Assembly: GCA_011109175.1 (NCBI GenBank)
Contig: RDEW01000003.1
Location: 372,001-405,000, forward strand
Source of the DNA: Dicyema japonicum
Lineage: Eukaryota; Animalia; Dicyemida
Reading direction: 5' to 3'
Length of the DNA stretch: 33,000 nt
Part shown: in pieces, positions 11,228-21,489 of the stretch
Position numbering within the stretch: the first letter of the stretch is position 1
Layout of the letters: every line of letters starts with the position of its first letter
Translations under genes and position numbers: made by a program
The notes under the pieces: generated by a model
Seen by the model: only the letters and a program-made list of their open reading frames with translations
Told to the model about the DNA's origin: nothing
Database searches by the model: none

Positions 11228-11482
11228 TGTTCCTCCTCTTTCTTCCTAATAGAGTGGCGTCATGTGATCCACCTGTCTAGGTGACGCCCAGTGCCAAGCC
11301 GGCATGAAAAAGGATCATTTGCTCTTCCCCACTCCACTGGAGGGGTTTCCACAACTGCATGTAATGGACGTCTTACCCTTTATGCTGATTCCGGATGGAC
11401 TCTGTTTCTGTAGAAGAACTTACTTAATTAGTTGGTTACTTTAACTTCTTTCTCGGTGTATCCGGGTTAATAAAAAATAATA
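11228..11482 (+). mobile_element. Pseudoknot-SINE (family 2), young 5'-truncated copy with a perfect 22-bp TSD
   Basis: ATGAGTACTTATTCTGTAAGTC at 11206-11227 and 11483-11504. (TAA)n/A-rich tail. Highly similar to 17797-18110. Confidence 0.93.
11256..11317 (+). ncRNA. Candidate HDV-like pseudoknot RNA domain within the SINE
   Basis: P1 GGCGTC/GACGCC, J1/2 ATG, P2 TGATCC/GGATCA, P3 ACC/GGT, L3 TGTCTA, P4 GTGCC/GGCAT. The helix order is that of HDV-family ribozymes, but L3, P1.1 and J4/2 are atypical. Confidence 0.45.
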
Positions 11483-11599
11483 ATGAGTACTTATTCTGTA
11501 AGTCCTATATCACTTAATTCGAGATAGAGAGGGTTCATTGGGAGCCTTGAATAAGTTGGCTGAGTTTAGTATCCCCAGATTATATATCCTTTTCTTTAC

Positions 11600-12184
11600 T
11601 CCATCAGAGATTACCTTTACCATTTTTACTACATCAACATCAAGACAAAGACCCTATTTTTCAACATCCCAAGATACCGATGACAATCCATCCTATCAGG
11701 GAGTCTAGCTTCGTCTAACGATCCACTCACATGAGCAGCAAATTTTTCAACATTGCCCTCAAATCCAGAAGTTTCAAAGAGCATTACACTTTGCTCATCG
11801 TCGCTTTCATCAAAAATTGATTGGTCAGTCGTCTACGAAACAAGAAACTACCATAATCCAATTGTGAAGATCAAAAGAGAGGCCGACGTGGGGAGAACTC
11901 CTAGCAGCTACAATTACAAAGGTGCTAACTGGAAATTGTATCGCGAAATCTCAGAAGAAAAAATGAAGAATTGTTACTTGGATAGCTTCAGTTCTCTAGA
12001 GAATGCCATCAGCTACTTTACCCAAATAATCTTGGAAGCAAGATCAAGGGCTATACCCAAACATTACTTAAATTCGTTGAGTAGTCGAGGGAAGACAGCC
12101 TTGATTAAAGAAAAAAATCAGCTTAAAAAATCTAATCGGATATCCTTGGAAATGAAACTCCGGATCAGAACATTAGTTATTTAA
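11600..12184 (+). mobile_element. I/Jockey-group LINE ORF2, end of the APE endonuclease and linker (5' half of an interrupted element)
   Basis: ITLCSSSLSSKIDWSV..YHNPI resembles IDLTL.S..L...W.V...SDH.PI. Also YNYKGANWKLY and ILEARSRAIPK. Confidence 0.7.
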
Positions 12185-14121
12185 TAGCACTCCTGCGTTG
12201 CCATAAGCACGTAAAATGCCTAGGGTTTTGCTCGTGCCGTACACTCGACTATCCACCCAGTCAGCCCTCTCCATCTAGCTTTGTTCCTCGCGCGTTTACG
12301 AACATCTTCAAGATCGTCTCCAGTTTTGAGTTGACCGCCAATTCGTACGTAATCGTTATTCATGCAGAGGGGAAGAGTACATCTTGGCCGACCCCGAAAT
12401 CCAATTCCATGATTCATATGATTGCAAGGAATCACTTCGTCCATTCTCAGAACATGTCCGAAAAGTCGCCAGCGTGAGGTAATTACTTCTCTGCTTATCG
12501 GTTTGCATATTCATAATTTGTAGAGAGTGTCGTTTTTGATAATCTGTGGCCATTTGATTTCTATAAATGTGTTTAGTCTGTCAAGGTCCGTTTTTGATTA
12601 GTCGATCTTCCTGGTCTGAATCCGCTTTGACTTGGAGACAAGTATTGGTCAACTGAATTTGATAATCGATTCAATGTTGTAATCGACAATGTTTTTCGCA
12701 AAGTGGTCAAAAGCACGGTCGGCCTGAGATTATCAATTGGACCTGCAGGTTTGCCAAGTTTTTGTAAAGGGAGTAGAACTCCCATTGCGATGTCAATTGA
12801 ACAATGAGTCCTGATTATCTCGTTGAATATGAAAGTTATCTTTTCTGCTAGCTGGGTTGGTGCGTATTTTAACAACTCTCCACAAACATTGTCATATCCA
12901 GCTGCTCTGTTGTTATTCAGGGGAAGGAGTGCTCGGCGAATCTCGGAATCCGTAAACACATTTTTAAGTAAACGAGGCTGTCCTTCGAATTGTGTGATGG
13001 GTATAGTATCCTCCCGATTGAACTGCTTGCTAAAGTGTCGACTATAAGTCCAACAGAACGGTTAGCGTCTAATACAAAGTGAACTAACTCATCTTGAATT
13101 TTTAAATTGGTTTTAGCTGACCCGCGCTTGGGTAAACGCACAGCTATAAGCATTTTTGCGCCGTCATTATGGCTTCAGAGATTCGTGGGGTTGGCCATCC
13201 ATAGAAATATTGGATAGATGCTGGTCCATTCGCTGCTGGTATCTCGTGAGGAGTGCAGGATTATTTACTAATTCTTCTCCCGATATCATCTGAGTTTTTC
13301 TGGGACATGCATGATTTGCATATAACATTCCATAAAGCCTGCTAAGATTCAACCGACAGACTACGATCTTGTGATCGTCAATGCTCTCCATACGAACGGG
13401 AGTCTACTAATAATCTCTTGTGCGACTGCTTGCACAAAATATAATCTATTTGATTAAATATTTTTTGTTCTTCATTTTTGTCTGTTCTACAACTTACCCA
13501 AGTGGTCTTGTGTCTGGCGGCGTGCTAAATGGCCAGAAACAAATCGTAGGTATTACAAAAGTCGATCATGAAATTTCCAGAAGAATCGATATCCCCCTCC
13601 GTGATTACCAATGCAACGTTCACGTCTGCGTTTAATTCCTGCCTTTGAATTCCAGTCTCCCGCAACAAAAATTAGCGTGGACGAGCAGAGTTGAGAGTAT
13701 ACTTCCGCTCATCCATAGAAGTTGATAATCTTCCTGTGTGGGGGGTATACACATTTATGACAGTCATAATCGATCTCTTATTACGTGATCCGATATTAAG
13801 GTGGATAATAGCGATTCGGTCTGTTACCCTCTATACATGAGTAACCGATCCACAAGTGAGATGTGTATTGCAAAGCCCATCCCATAATGACGGGAGTCGG
13901 ATGGTAGTAGTATTAACCGGTAATTGTCGGATGGTAGTAGTATACATCTCGTTCCACTGTCACCTTCGTCTCTTGCAGACATGCCACACCGGTTTTGTAT
14001 CTTTCAAGGTCCGTGCATAGAATGTTCTGTTTGATGTTTGAGGCCATTCCTCTAACATTGAAAGATGAAATGGAAAAAAGCGTAGAGCGGATTGGTCGAG
14101 AATACACTAACTCAACCAAAA
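12185..14121 (-). mobile_element. RTE-like LINE, internally deleted (APE, RT N-terminal part and C-terminus)
   Basis: SFNVRG...ACLQETK (APE); DDHKIVVC; NNRAAGYDNVCGELLKY..NLRP..LL..LRK..QSGFRPGRST (RT); GRPRCTLP...ARNKARWR (C-terminus). Confidence 0.88.
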
Positions 14122-15230
14122 GATCAGAACATTGAATAATTAAATAAAGGCCAAGGAGTTCAGGGGCCAAAAGTTGAAGAGGAATCGTGTGCTTACAACA
14201 GTAAATACAAGTCGTATTACCGGAGAAGTGTGGAAAGCTATTCGAAACGTGGCAAAAGGCAATGAAATTTCATCAGAGGAGGATTATGTTCAAAGAGATG
14301 TGAACAACTTGAAAAAATTCTACACGAAGATTTCACACAAGGAACACAGGAGGTCTGATACACTACCATCACACAGAAAACTGAATAAAGCGTCAGAACC
14401 GCTCTTCTTCTCGGAGAGATGTGAGGGATACACTACATTCCGCAAAAACAACATACTCTCATGGACCAGACAACATTCCGATTATTCTATTAAAAAATCT
14501 TGGAGACGGGGGAGTTACTTTCCTTACGTCGATTTTCAAATATTCGATTAACCAAAATGTGATGACAGGCACTAATACGGCCAATAATGAAACCTGGAAG
14601 ACCAAGAGATGACCAGCGTCTTTTAGACCAGTGTCACTACTATGTTCCATTGCAAAAATACTGGAGAGGTTTGTGCTCAGGAGAATAAAAGAATTATTGC
14701 CAGAGAGGCCTTTTCAACATGGATTCAGAAATGAGAGATCCACGTCTACATATTTACAAACATTGAGCGACTTCATTCGACTCGGATTTGCAAACAAGCC
14801 GAGACACTTAAAAAATCTGCTCTGCTCGATCGACATACACAAGCGTTCGACATAGTCTCGAGGAAGATTTTATTGAAAAAATATTTCAATCTGAGATCCC
14901 AGGGAAGCTCAAGCTTTGGATCATAACTTCCTAAGTAAACGAATGGGACGTGTATGCCTCAGAGAATTGAAATACATCCCACATCTCCTCCCTAGCGAAA
15001 TCCCTCAAGGATCTCCTTTATATCCTGCTCTTTTTAACCTCTTCTGGCCGATCTCCCAACTCTTGAAAATGATAATGAAGTTCTACTCTCCTATGCGGAT
15101 GATATTGTGTTGTCCTGGCTATCAAAACGTAACTACAAATAACGGACGTTCCCAGCTATCCAAGAGGTTAATCCCGTTCGAGAAAGATAGAATGCAGGCC
15201 AGAAAACGAGAAAATGTGTCTGTCCGGTGA
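14122..15230 (+). mobile_element. I/Jockey-group LINE reverse transcriptase remnant (3' half of the interrupted element)
   Basis: VWKAIR, HGPDNIP, FRPVSLLCSIAKILER, FQHGFR, SIDIHKAFD, IPQGSPL.P.LFN and YADDI motifs across frameshifts. Confidence 0.88.
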
Positions 15231-15369
15231 TCCTCAAGGTTACATGAAGGGCAGACTGGCGACTTTGCCTGGAGGCATAAATTATATAAAATATATTGAT
15301 TTCGTCATAAATTATAAAATACAGTATATTTCATTTAAATTAAAAATTACTAAAATAATCGAAAAATGA

Positions 15370-15895
15370 TTAACATTATCTTGAAAACAGGAAGTAACAG
15401 TTAGGTCTTCCTTATGAACGCCTATAAAGAGAAGAACACGAACGAAACAAATTGTAAAATGACCGGTTGGGTTAACGTCTATAATTTAATACCCAAACAT
15501 GTTGGATATAGAAGTTTTTTCTATACTTTTTAAATAACTATCCCGAGGATATTCGACGTTAACATATTTATAGGCATTCATGGTGTATCATACGACTATA
15601 AACCCAAGTGTTTGCGTAGATCTAATGTTGTTGTTTTATCAACTGTATCCAGATGTTTTTAGAATGTTTATGATGACATTATCTGAAGTTTTCCTTGATG
15701 TTTTTTGTTGAGCTTATGAGATTATTATATGAAAAATTCTTAGCTTGTTTTATTAAAAAAAGAAAAAGTAATCTTGTTAGAGAACATGTCGTATATGTAA
15801 ACCCTGACGGGACATACGTTTACAGAGAATACGGAAAAGGTCCATTGTTCCGAAAAAATTGGAGAGGAAAATACTTTAACGTTGAAGACCAATTT
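15370..15895 (-). mobile_element. Possible decayed hAT (ZMYM1-like) transposase fragment
   Basis: Stop-ridden minus-strand translation NIKENF...LDLRKHLGL*SYDT..INM...GIV...KLLYP loosely resembles LD...RGQ.YD.A.NM.G...GV......P. Confidence 0.25.
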
Positions 15896-16134
15896 TAATT
15901 TGATTAATTTTATTGACTTGAAATAATTTTTTTTATATTTTCTGTAAATATAATAATTAATTTTCGTAAGATATAAAATTTAAAAATTTTATATAATTGA
16001 TAATTAAAAACTAACAGCGACAATTTAACTTGAGCTATCAGGCCTTTTGCCGGCAATTATGACACTGCGCCACTGGTTTACTAATAAACCAGAGAATTGA
16101 GTCATGATCTGTCAAAGTATTTATTATCCTATTG

Positions 16135-17226
16135 CAGTGCTTCTCAAAATGGTGTCCCGCCGACGACTACAATAATTTTTAAATATTTTTGTATTTAAAA
16201 TCTTTTATTCTATTTTTAAAAAATGTTGACCCCTCATTTTAGTTACATTTGATTGTTGAAACATGGTTTCTTACATATGGTTGATAAGTATAAAGCTCCT
16301 ATTTTACGTCGATGTAAAAATTCTTATATGCCTCTGGATTTTATTGTTGTAATAAAAAAACAAATACCAAAATGTCTTATTTGTGATGATACTTTATCGA
16401 AAATATCTAAAATTCCATTGTCGGATATCACCGTTTCCAGACGGATAGCTACTATGTCGGAAGATATTAAAAATAATGTCTTTGACTGCATGAAAGAAGT
16501 ATTTTTAACTTCAAATATATGAATCTAGTGATATTGGGGGAATTGTTCAGTTATTAGTTTTTATTCAAAATGAACAATATTTTTCTGTAAATCGCTTACA
16601 GAGAAAACGTGTGGCCAGGACATTCTTAATTAATAATTGAGTATTTTCATGTAAACAAATTGTTTTTTCAAAATTAGAAAACTTTTTTCTGATATTGAGA
16701 TTTACAGATATGATTGAGTGAATTTAATTGCAACAGTAATTATTATTAGATACGAAATCCATTTGTTACTTTCAATTTATTTCGATCGTCCATAAAAGTG
16801 GGTGAATGTTGTACAACATTCTATGGAAACTTTGACCTACCCGGGACATGTATTGTTTGCTTCAGGACAGACTCCAATTGACGAGATACTTTACGCGGCG
16901 ACTGAAAGTGCGGGCAAATTACATTGGCGAAGCGGCGGACCCACAGTCCGAGGAGGAAGTGGATGGCAGGTGAAGATCCTCTTAAAAGAAGAAGAATGTT
17001 AGATTAGTTCTTCTGTTCATCTAAATCAGCAACTTAAGATCTTTATAATGATCGATCCTTAAAACTTTATATTATGAAATGGAACTTGATTCATTTTGGC
17101 TGAAAGTCAGAAATAAGTTTATGAAATATTTCTAATTAATTTCAACTTAAAAATAAATTTAAGGTGTGCTGCAGGAAATTTTTTTACGCCAAGTGTGCCG
17201 CATGAAAAAAAGTCTGAGAAGCACTG
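16135..17226 (+). mobile_element. hAT (Buster/Charlie-type) DNA transposon, internally deleted
   Basis: TIRs CAGTGCTTCTCA (16135) and TGAGAAGCACTG (ending 17226). 8-bp TA-centred flanks TCCTATTG and CTCTATTG. Transposase remnants PKCLIC, IPLSDITVSRRI..MSEDI, QLLVF and FFCKSL...T.GQDI. Confidence 0.9.
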
Positions 17227-17796
17227 CTCTATTGGTTAGTGGCCTGGTGGTTGAGTTGGTAGTGTAGCTGTGCTGTAATATTCCTATGGTGAACTTAATG
17301 TCCTTATCTCTTCAATATGGGTTTGACCATCTTTTTTTCTTTTTAGAAATATTGGAGCGCCAATCTCCCGAACGCCATATGATATTGGATGACCTTGGAT
17401 AGGAACAAGGGAAGTAAATAGATAATCCTCCAAGAACAACAATAACAGGTTCCATCTAGATTCAGAGATTTCATTCAATTGTCAATTTCTTGTTTATTTA
17501 GAACCCTGAGATCTTCTAAAAAGAAAGACATAAATAACTTCAAACGCTCCTTTTCAACATTGATGGATTTTTGTAATGATTCCGTATTCCCAGAGTCTTG
17601 CGAGCTCTTCCACACCTGTAATTTCGAAAATTTTGTGACGAATCCATTCCGTACATGGATTATTATCTTTCAAAAGTTTTAAAATAAACCTTGTAAAAAA
17701 ACTTTAACGACACAACAAGCAATTTCGCGGTTTATAAAATTAATTTAAAATTATTTAATTATTTTTTCTACTAAAATATTAATTATTTCTCAGTTT

Positions 17797-18110
17797 CTAA
17801 CGTGGTTAATTGGTTGAAGTTTTCAGCTTGTTTTGTTTGTTCCTTCTATTTCCCTTTTTATTAGAGTGGCATCATGTGATCCACCTGTCTAGGTGGCGCC
17901 TAGTGCGACAGGCCGGAACGAAAAAGGATCATTTGCTCTTTCCCACTCCACTGGAGGGGTTTATACAACTGCAAGTATGGACGTCTTTTTCTTTTTATGT
18001 TGATTCCGGATGTACTCTGTTTCTGTAGAAGTGGAAACTGGATACACTTAACTAGTTGTTTAATTTAACTTCCCTCTCGGTGTATCCGGGGTTAATAAAT
18101 AAATTAATTA
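17797..18110 (+). mobile_element. Pseudoknot-SINE (family 2), longest and probably full-length copy
   Basis: TSD AATTA(T/A)TTCTCAGTTT at 17781-17796 and 18111-18126. A-box-like GTGGTTAATTGG. Pseudoknot core at 17868-17931. Tail TCCGGGGTTAATAAATAA. Confidence 0.9.
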
Positions 18111-18194
18111 AATTAATTCTCAGTTTAGTGATTTTCTTTGTCATTGGTAACATTACTCTGTTGTGAGATTCCACCCACTGGCGATTTGACTAAG

Positions 18195-18370
18195 ATTTCT
18201 CTTCTGTTCTTAGCCATTATGTAATCAACCTTCTCAGCTTGTTCCTAGCGCCTGGGTGACATGAATAAGATCATTTGCTTTCTCTTATTTCGCTGCCTTC
18301 ATTAAAAGGCGCGTGTACAGCAATTGGGGCTCTTTTTGCATTTCTGCTGATCCAGGATGCCTGGACAATG
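18195..18370 (+). mobile_element. Pseudoknot-SINE (family 2), old decayed copy
   Basis: GCCATTATGTAATCAACCT...CATGAATAAGATCATTTGCT...GCTGATCCAGGATG aligns loosely to the family core. Confidence 0.5.
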
Positions 18371-18599
18371 TCTTTAACGCCATGGTATTGCCTGTTACTT
18401 ATGTATGGTACAATCCTTGTATTTCAGCGAGGAAAGCGTAAGTGCATGGAATCTGCAAGCCGTGACATTAAGACCACAAAAGTTCTCAGCTGAGATAAGC
18501 TAGAAAAGGCATTAGTCACATAGAGCCCGATACTCTTCTCTGAATTCCCAGAATAGCATTTGTACCGCATTTATAAGTTTAAATTTTGGACTTCTTCTA

Positions 18600-19140
18600 A
18601 GTAGAAAAGGTTAAGGATATTGACGGCAGATAATTAGAGTTATTTTATATTGATTTCACAAATCCTGACTGTTTCCTTGGCTGCCGACATTATAGTCCGA
18701 GTGAATCTATCAACATGATACTTTGACCTTCCATGAAGATTTTAGGTGGATATTCATCCATTTTCTTCTGATATCTGCCGAGAAGTCCATCATTATTTAC
18801 CAGTTTTGGCCGCAATTTTCCCGTCCCTTTTATTGTCAAGCAGGTTCGGATAGGTTATAACACGAAGCCTTCGAGTCTCGGGATGTTGACTACGATCTTG
18901 TAATCTCTATCTGTTAATGTTCTTCCATAAAATGGAGTTAGGATTAGTCTTTTGGGTGTCCGTTTACACAGAATATAGTCAATTCGGTTGAAAACTTTTA
19001 TTTCCTCTCCTATTTTTATTCTTTCTGTAGTCTTGTGTCAAGAAACAAGTCGTAGGTATTACAGATATTGTGATAACTCCTTCTGATGCAGTTTCCACCA
19101 CTACGTTTATTTCACGATAAGGACAAAGACTCATTATAGA
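18600..19140 (-). mobile_element. RTE-like LINE fragment (APE C-terminal part and linker)
   Basis: FNRIDYILCK motif, colinear with the 13350-13620 part of the RTE-like element. Confidence 0.6.
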
Positions 19141-19292
19141 GGTGCCAACCACTAAACCGACAAAGTTACGTGGCTTTGAGATAAAAAATATTAATTTTAA
19201 TGGATTTTATTATACTAATAATAAATAATTAATAAAAAAATATTTAAAATAATTATTTAAACTCATGTTTTTGTTTTGGTGCTGATTGGAAA

Positions 19293-21254
19293 ATGAGTAA
19301 AGATCTTTCAAATGAAACTGGTAATTAAATAAGTGATTTTAAGAAATAAATATTAACCGTTTCGTCACTGCTCGAGCTGACGAGCTCTCATTTTTCTTAT
19401 CTCAGTGTAAGGCAAAGTCAAAAACCCCAATGCAGTTTCTTCCTAAACATCTCCGTCGTCGAGCGGCCAGTAGTAACCCTCGAAGGCTCCCACCTGGTTT
19501 CAGAAATCCTTCTTGTACTACCAAGAATCCCAAAAAGAACAAAAAAGTGAGAAAATCAAGGGCCATGGAATATGATAAACGATCCAAGAGATGCACGTCA
19601 GCTTTAAAATTTAAGTTGCAGGTGGCTGGAGACACACATTTGGCACGCAAAGAGATTTCACGTTGCTGACAAATGGGGCTGGCGGATCCCTCTGTTGCAC
19701 ACAGACAAGATTCTTCGTCCAAATTTTAAATCCGTACAGGAAAAGTGTGTTATACAGGACATTTCCTTCCACTCCGTCATAGAATTGGCAGGGAGCATCG
19801 ACGCCTTGATCTCTGGATTGGCCAAATTATGTAAAAAGGAATCTGGTTACCCATATTAATAACATCAGGACTTACATTCGCTGCAAAATGCTACCTGACG
19901 GGGGATATGACTGGGACTGTGTTCACCTACACGGTGGAAGGAATCCCGATTGGACCAGTGACTTTTATGTGGTCTCCCCAAATTGAAGAAACAAGGAAAA
20001 TATGGCTGATGTGTCATCCTTTGGTGACCCCACAACTTGAAGAGGCGATTCGATCAGTTTTTGGTATATTTCTCTCTTATTTGAGATACGAGCATCATAA
20101 TTGAGGATATTTCCAGGCAGATGAACAGATTCAGGTTGACTGGTCCCCTTTCACAGTCTATTTTGTGCTCCTTTTTTCAAATGGACATTGCCAAGAGATA
20201 TGGTGATTCTATCACGTCTCTTCTAAATTCCACCAACATCGTATCTCTAACTGTCGGGGACCCTCGTCGTAACTTGCCGAAATTGCGTCGCGAGATCCCC
20301 CCTTTGAATACCGATTCACAGAATAGTTTTATTCCTCAAATTCCCGTTTCTGGACTTTGGAATGCTGATTATCGAAAAAACGGAGTGCCTGAACGGAATA
20401 ACAGATTTTCTAACAATCACTCGGGCGATGAGGACTCTCAGATTGAAGTTATGCTGTTCAGGGATGTTGGCTACCAGAACTCTCCGGTTATTGACTCGTG
20501 GAGTGTATTGATACCGCGTGGATGGGGTGTCCCATTTTGGCTGAATTTTGTGTTTCGTGGAGCTCGTTCCGTTGCCACTCAGGAATGGCACTCAATCTGT
20601 GTGGATTTCTGCTGGATCAACGAGCTTCCGTCTATGTGGCCTGATACTGTGGCTACTTGCACATTTGAAAGTCAAAAAACTGAGGAATTGAGACAAAAAT
20701 ACAACAAGTAACCAAATTATCTTATTTATAGACGTCCTCCATCCAAGAGAGTCAATTATGCCAAAATTGGATTCACTGACGATCAATTCTCCTGCAATTT
20801 TGCACGCTTTTTTGAAGATACCTTTTCAGTTGTAAGAAATAGGAGCTACTTTATGAATTTATTCCCAAGTACCTCGACTAAATCTCATGTTCGTGTGAGT
20901 GCCAAACTGTTCTCTGAATTGAAGCTAGATTTTAAGAGCGAGACAACACTTACGTTGGTTAGAATGGAATGCGTTGGGAAAGGAAACGTGGAAAAATACT
21001 CACAAATTGCACTTCCTAGGATTGAGGACATTGAGAATGACTGCGTTGAGGGGGATGATAGATTTGTGATTGGAAGAGTGTCAGAAGGGATGTTTAGTAG
21101 AAGACTGGGACGGTCTATTGGTATTGGGTTTTGTGTGACTGGTTGTCTTGAGTCACTATGTCGTTCGATGAGCCCTCCTATTTTACTTATTCGTGCCCCC
21201 TCCAGTCAGGGTGTTTATAGAAAAGTATGGATAACACCACTTCTTGGTTGTTAA
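19293..21254 (+). CDS. POP1: RNase P/MRP protein subunit POP1, ~614 aa, 6 exons
   Basis: Introns 19321-19343, 19597-19621, 19846-19868, 20064-20085 and 20708-20731. The spliced frame is open and contains FVTARADE, LPKHLRRRAAS.NP.RLP, WLETHIWHAKRFH, QDISF, GPVTFMW, RFRLTGPLS, W..LIPRGWG.PFW, RPPSKRVNY and IGRV..G.FS...G...GIG. Confidence 0.95.
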
Positions 21255-21489
21255 TATTTGTTTTATAATAATTGATGATATTTATATTTTTTGATTTTAA
21301 ATATATTTTTAAGAATATTTCAATTACTAGTCTAATTAACCAGAATAACAATCTCTATATTGGGGGTACTTTTTTATAAGTTCATGTTTTGATAGTTTAT
21401 TTATTTTCTGACCAATACAATAATAATAAATAAAAATCATCGACCTCGTTAAGTGGGGCATTTTTTGTTAGTTAGTTGAGAGCTCTTTC

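Noticed and set aside
13896-13943. 18-bp direct repeat GTCGGATGGTAGTAGTAT with a 12-nt spacer (similar small duplications at ~26372-26430 and ~31935-31961) as CRISPR-like or regulatory repeats
   Set aside because: Only two units each, within or near decayed TEs; ordinary local duplications.
15695-15898. 67-aa ORF between AT-rich tracts as the last exon of a host gene
   Set aside because: Upstream frames contain stops not removable by 21-25-nt introns, and no family is recognisable.
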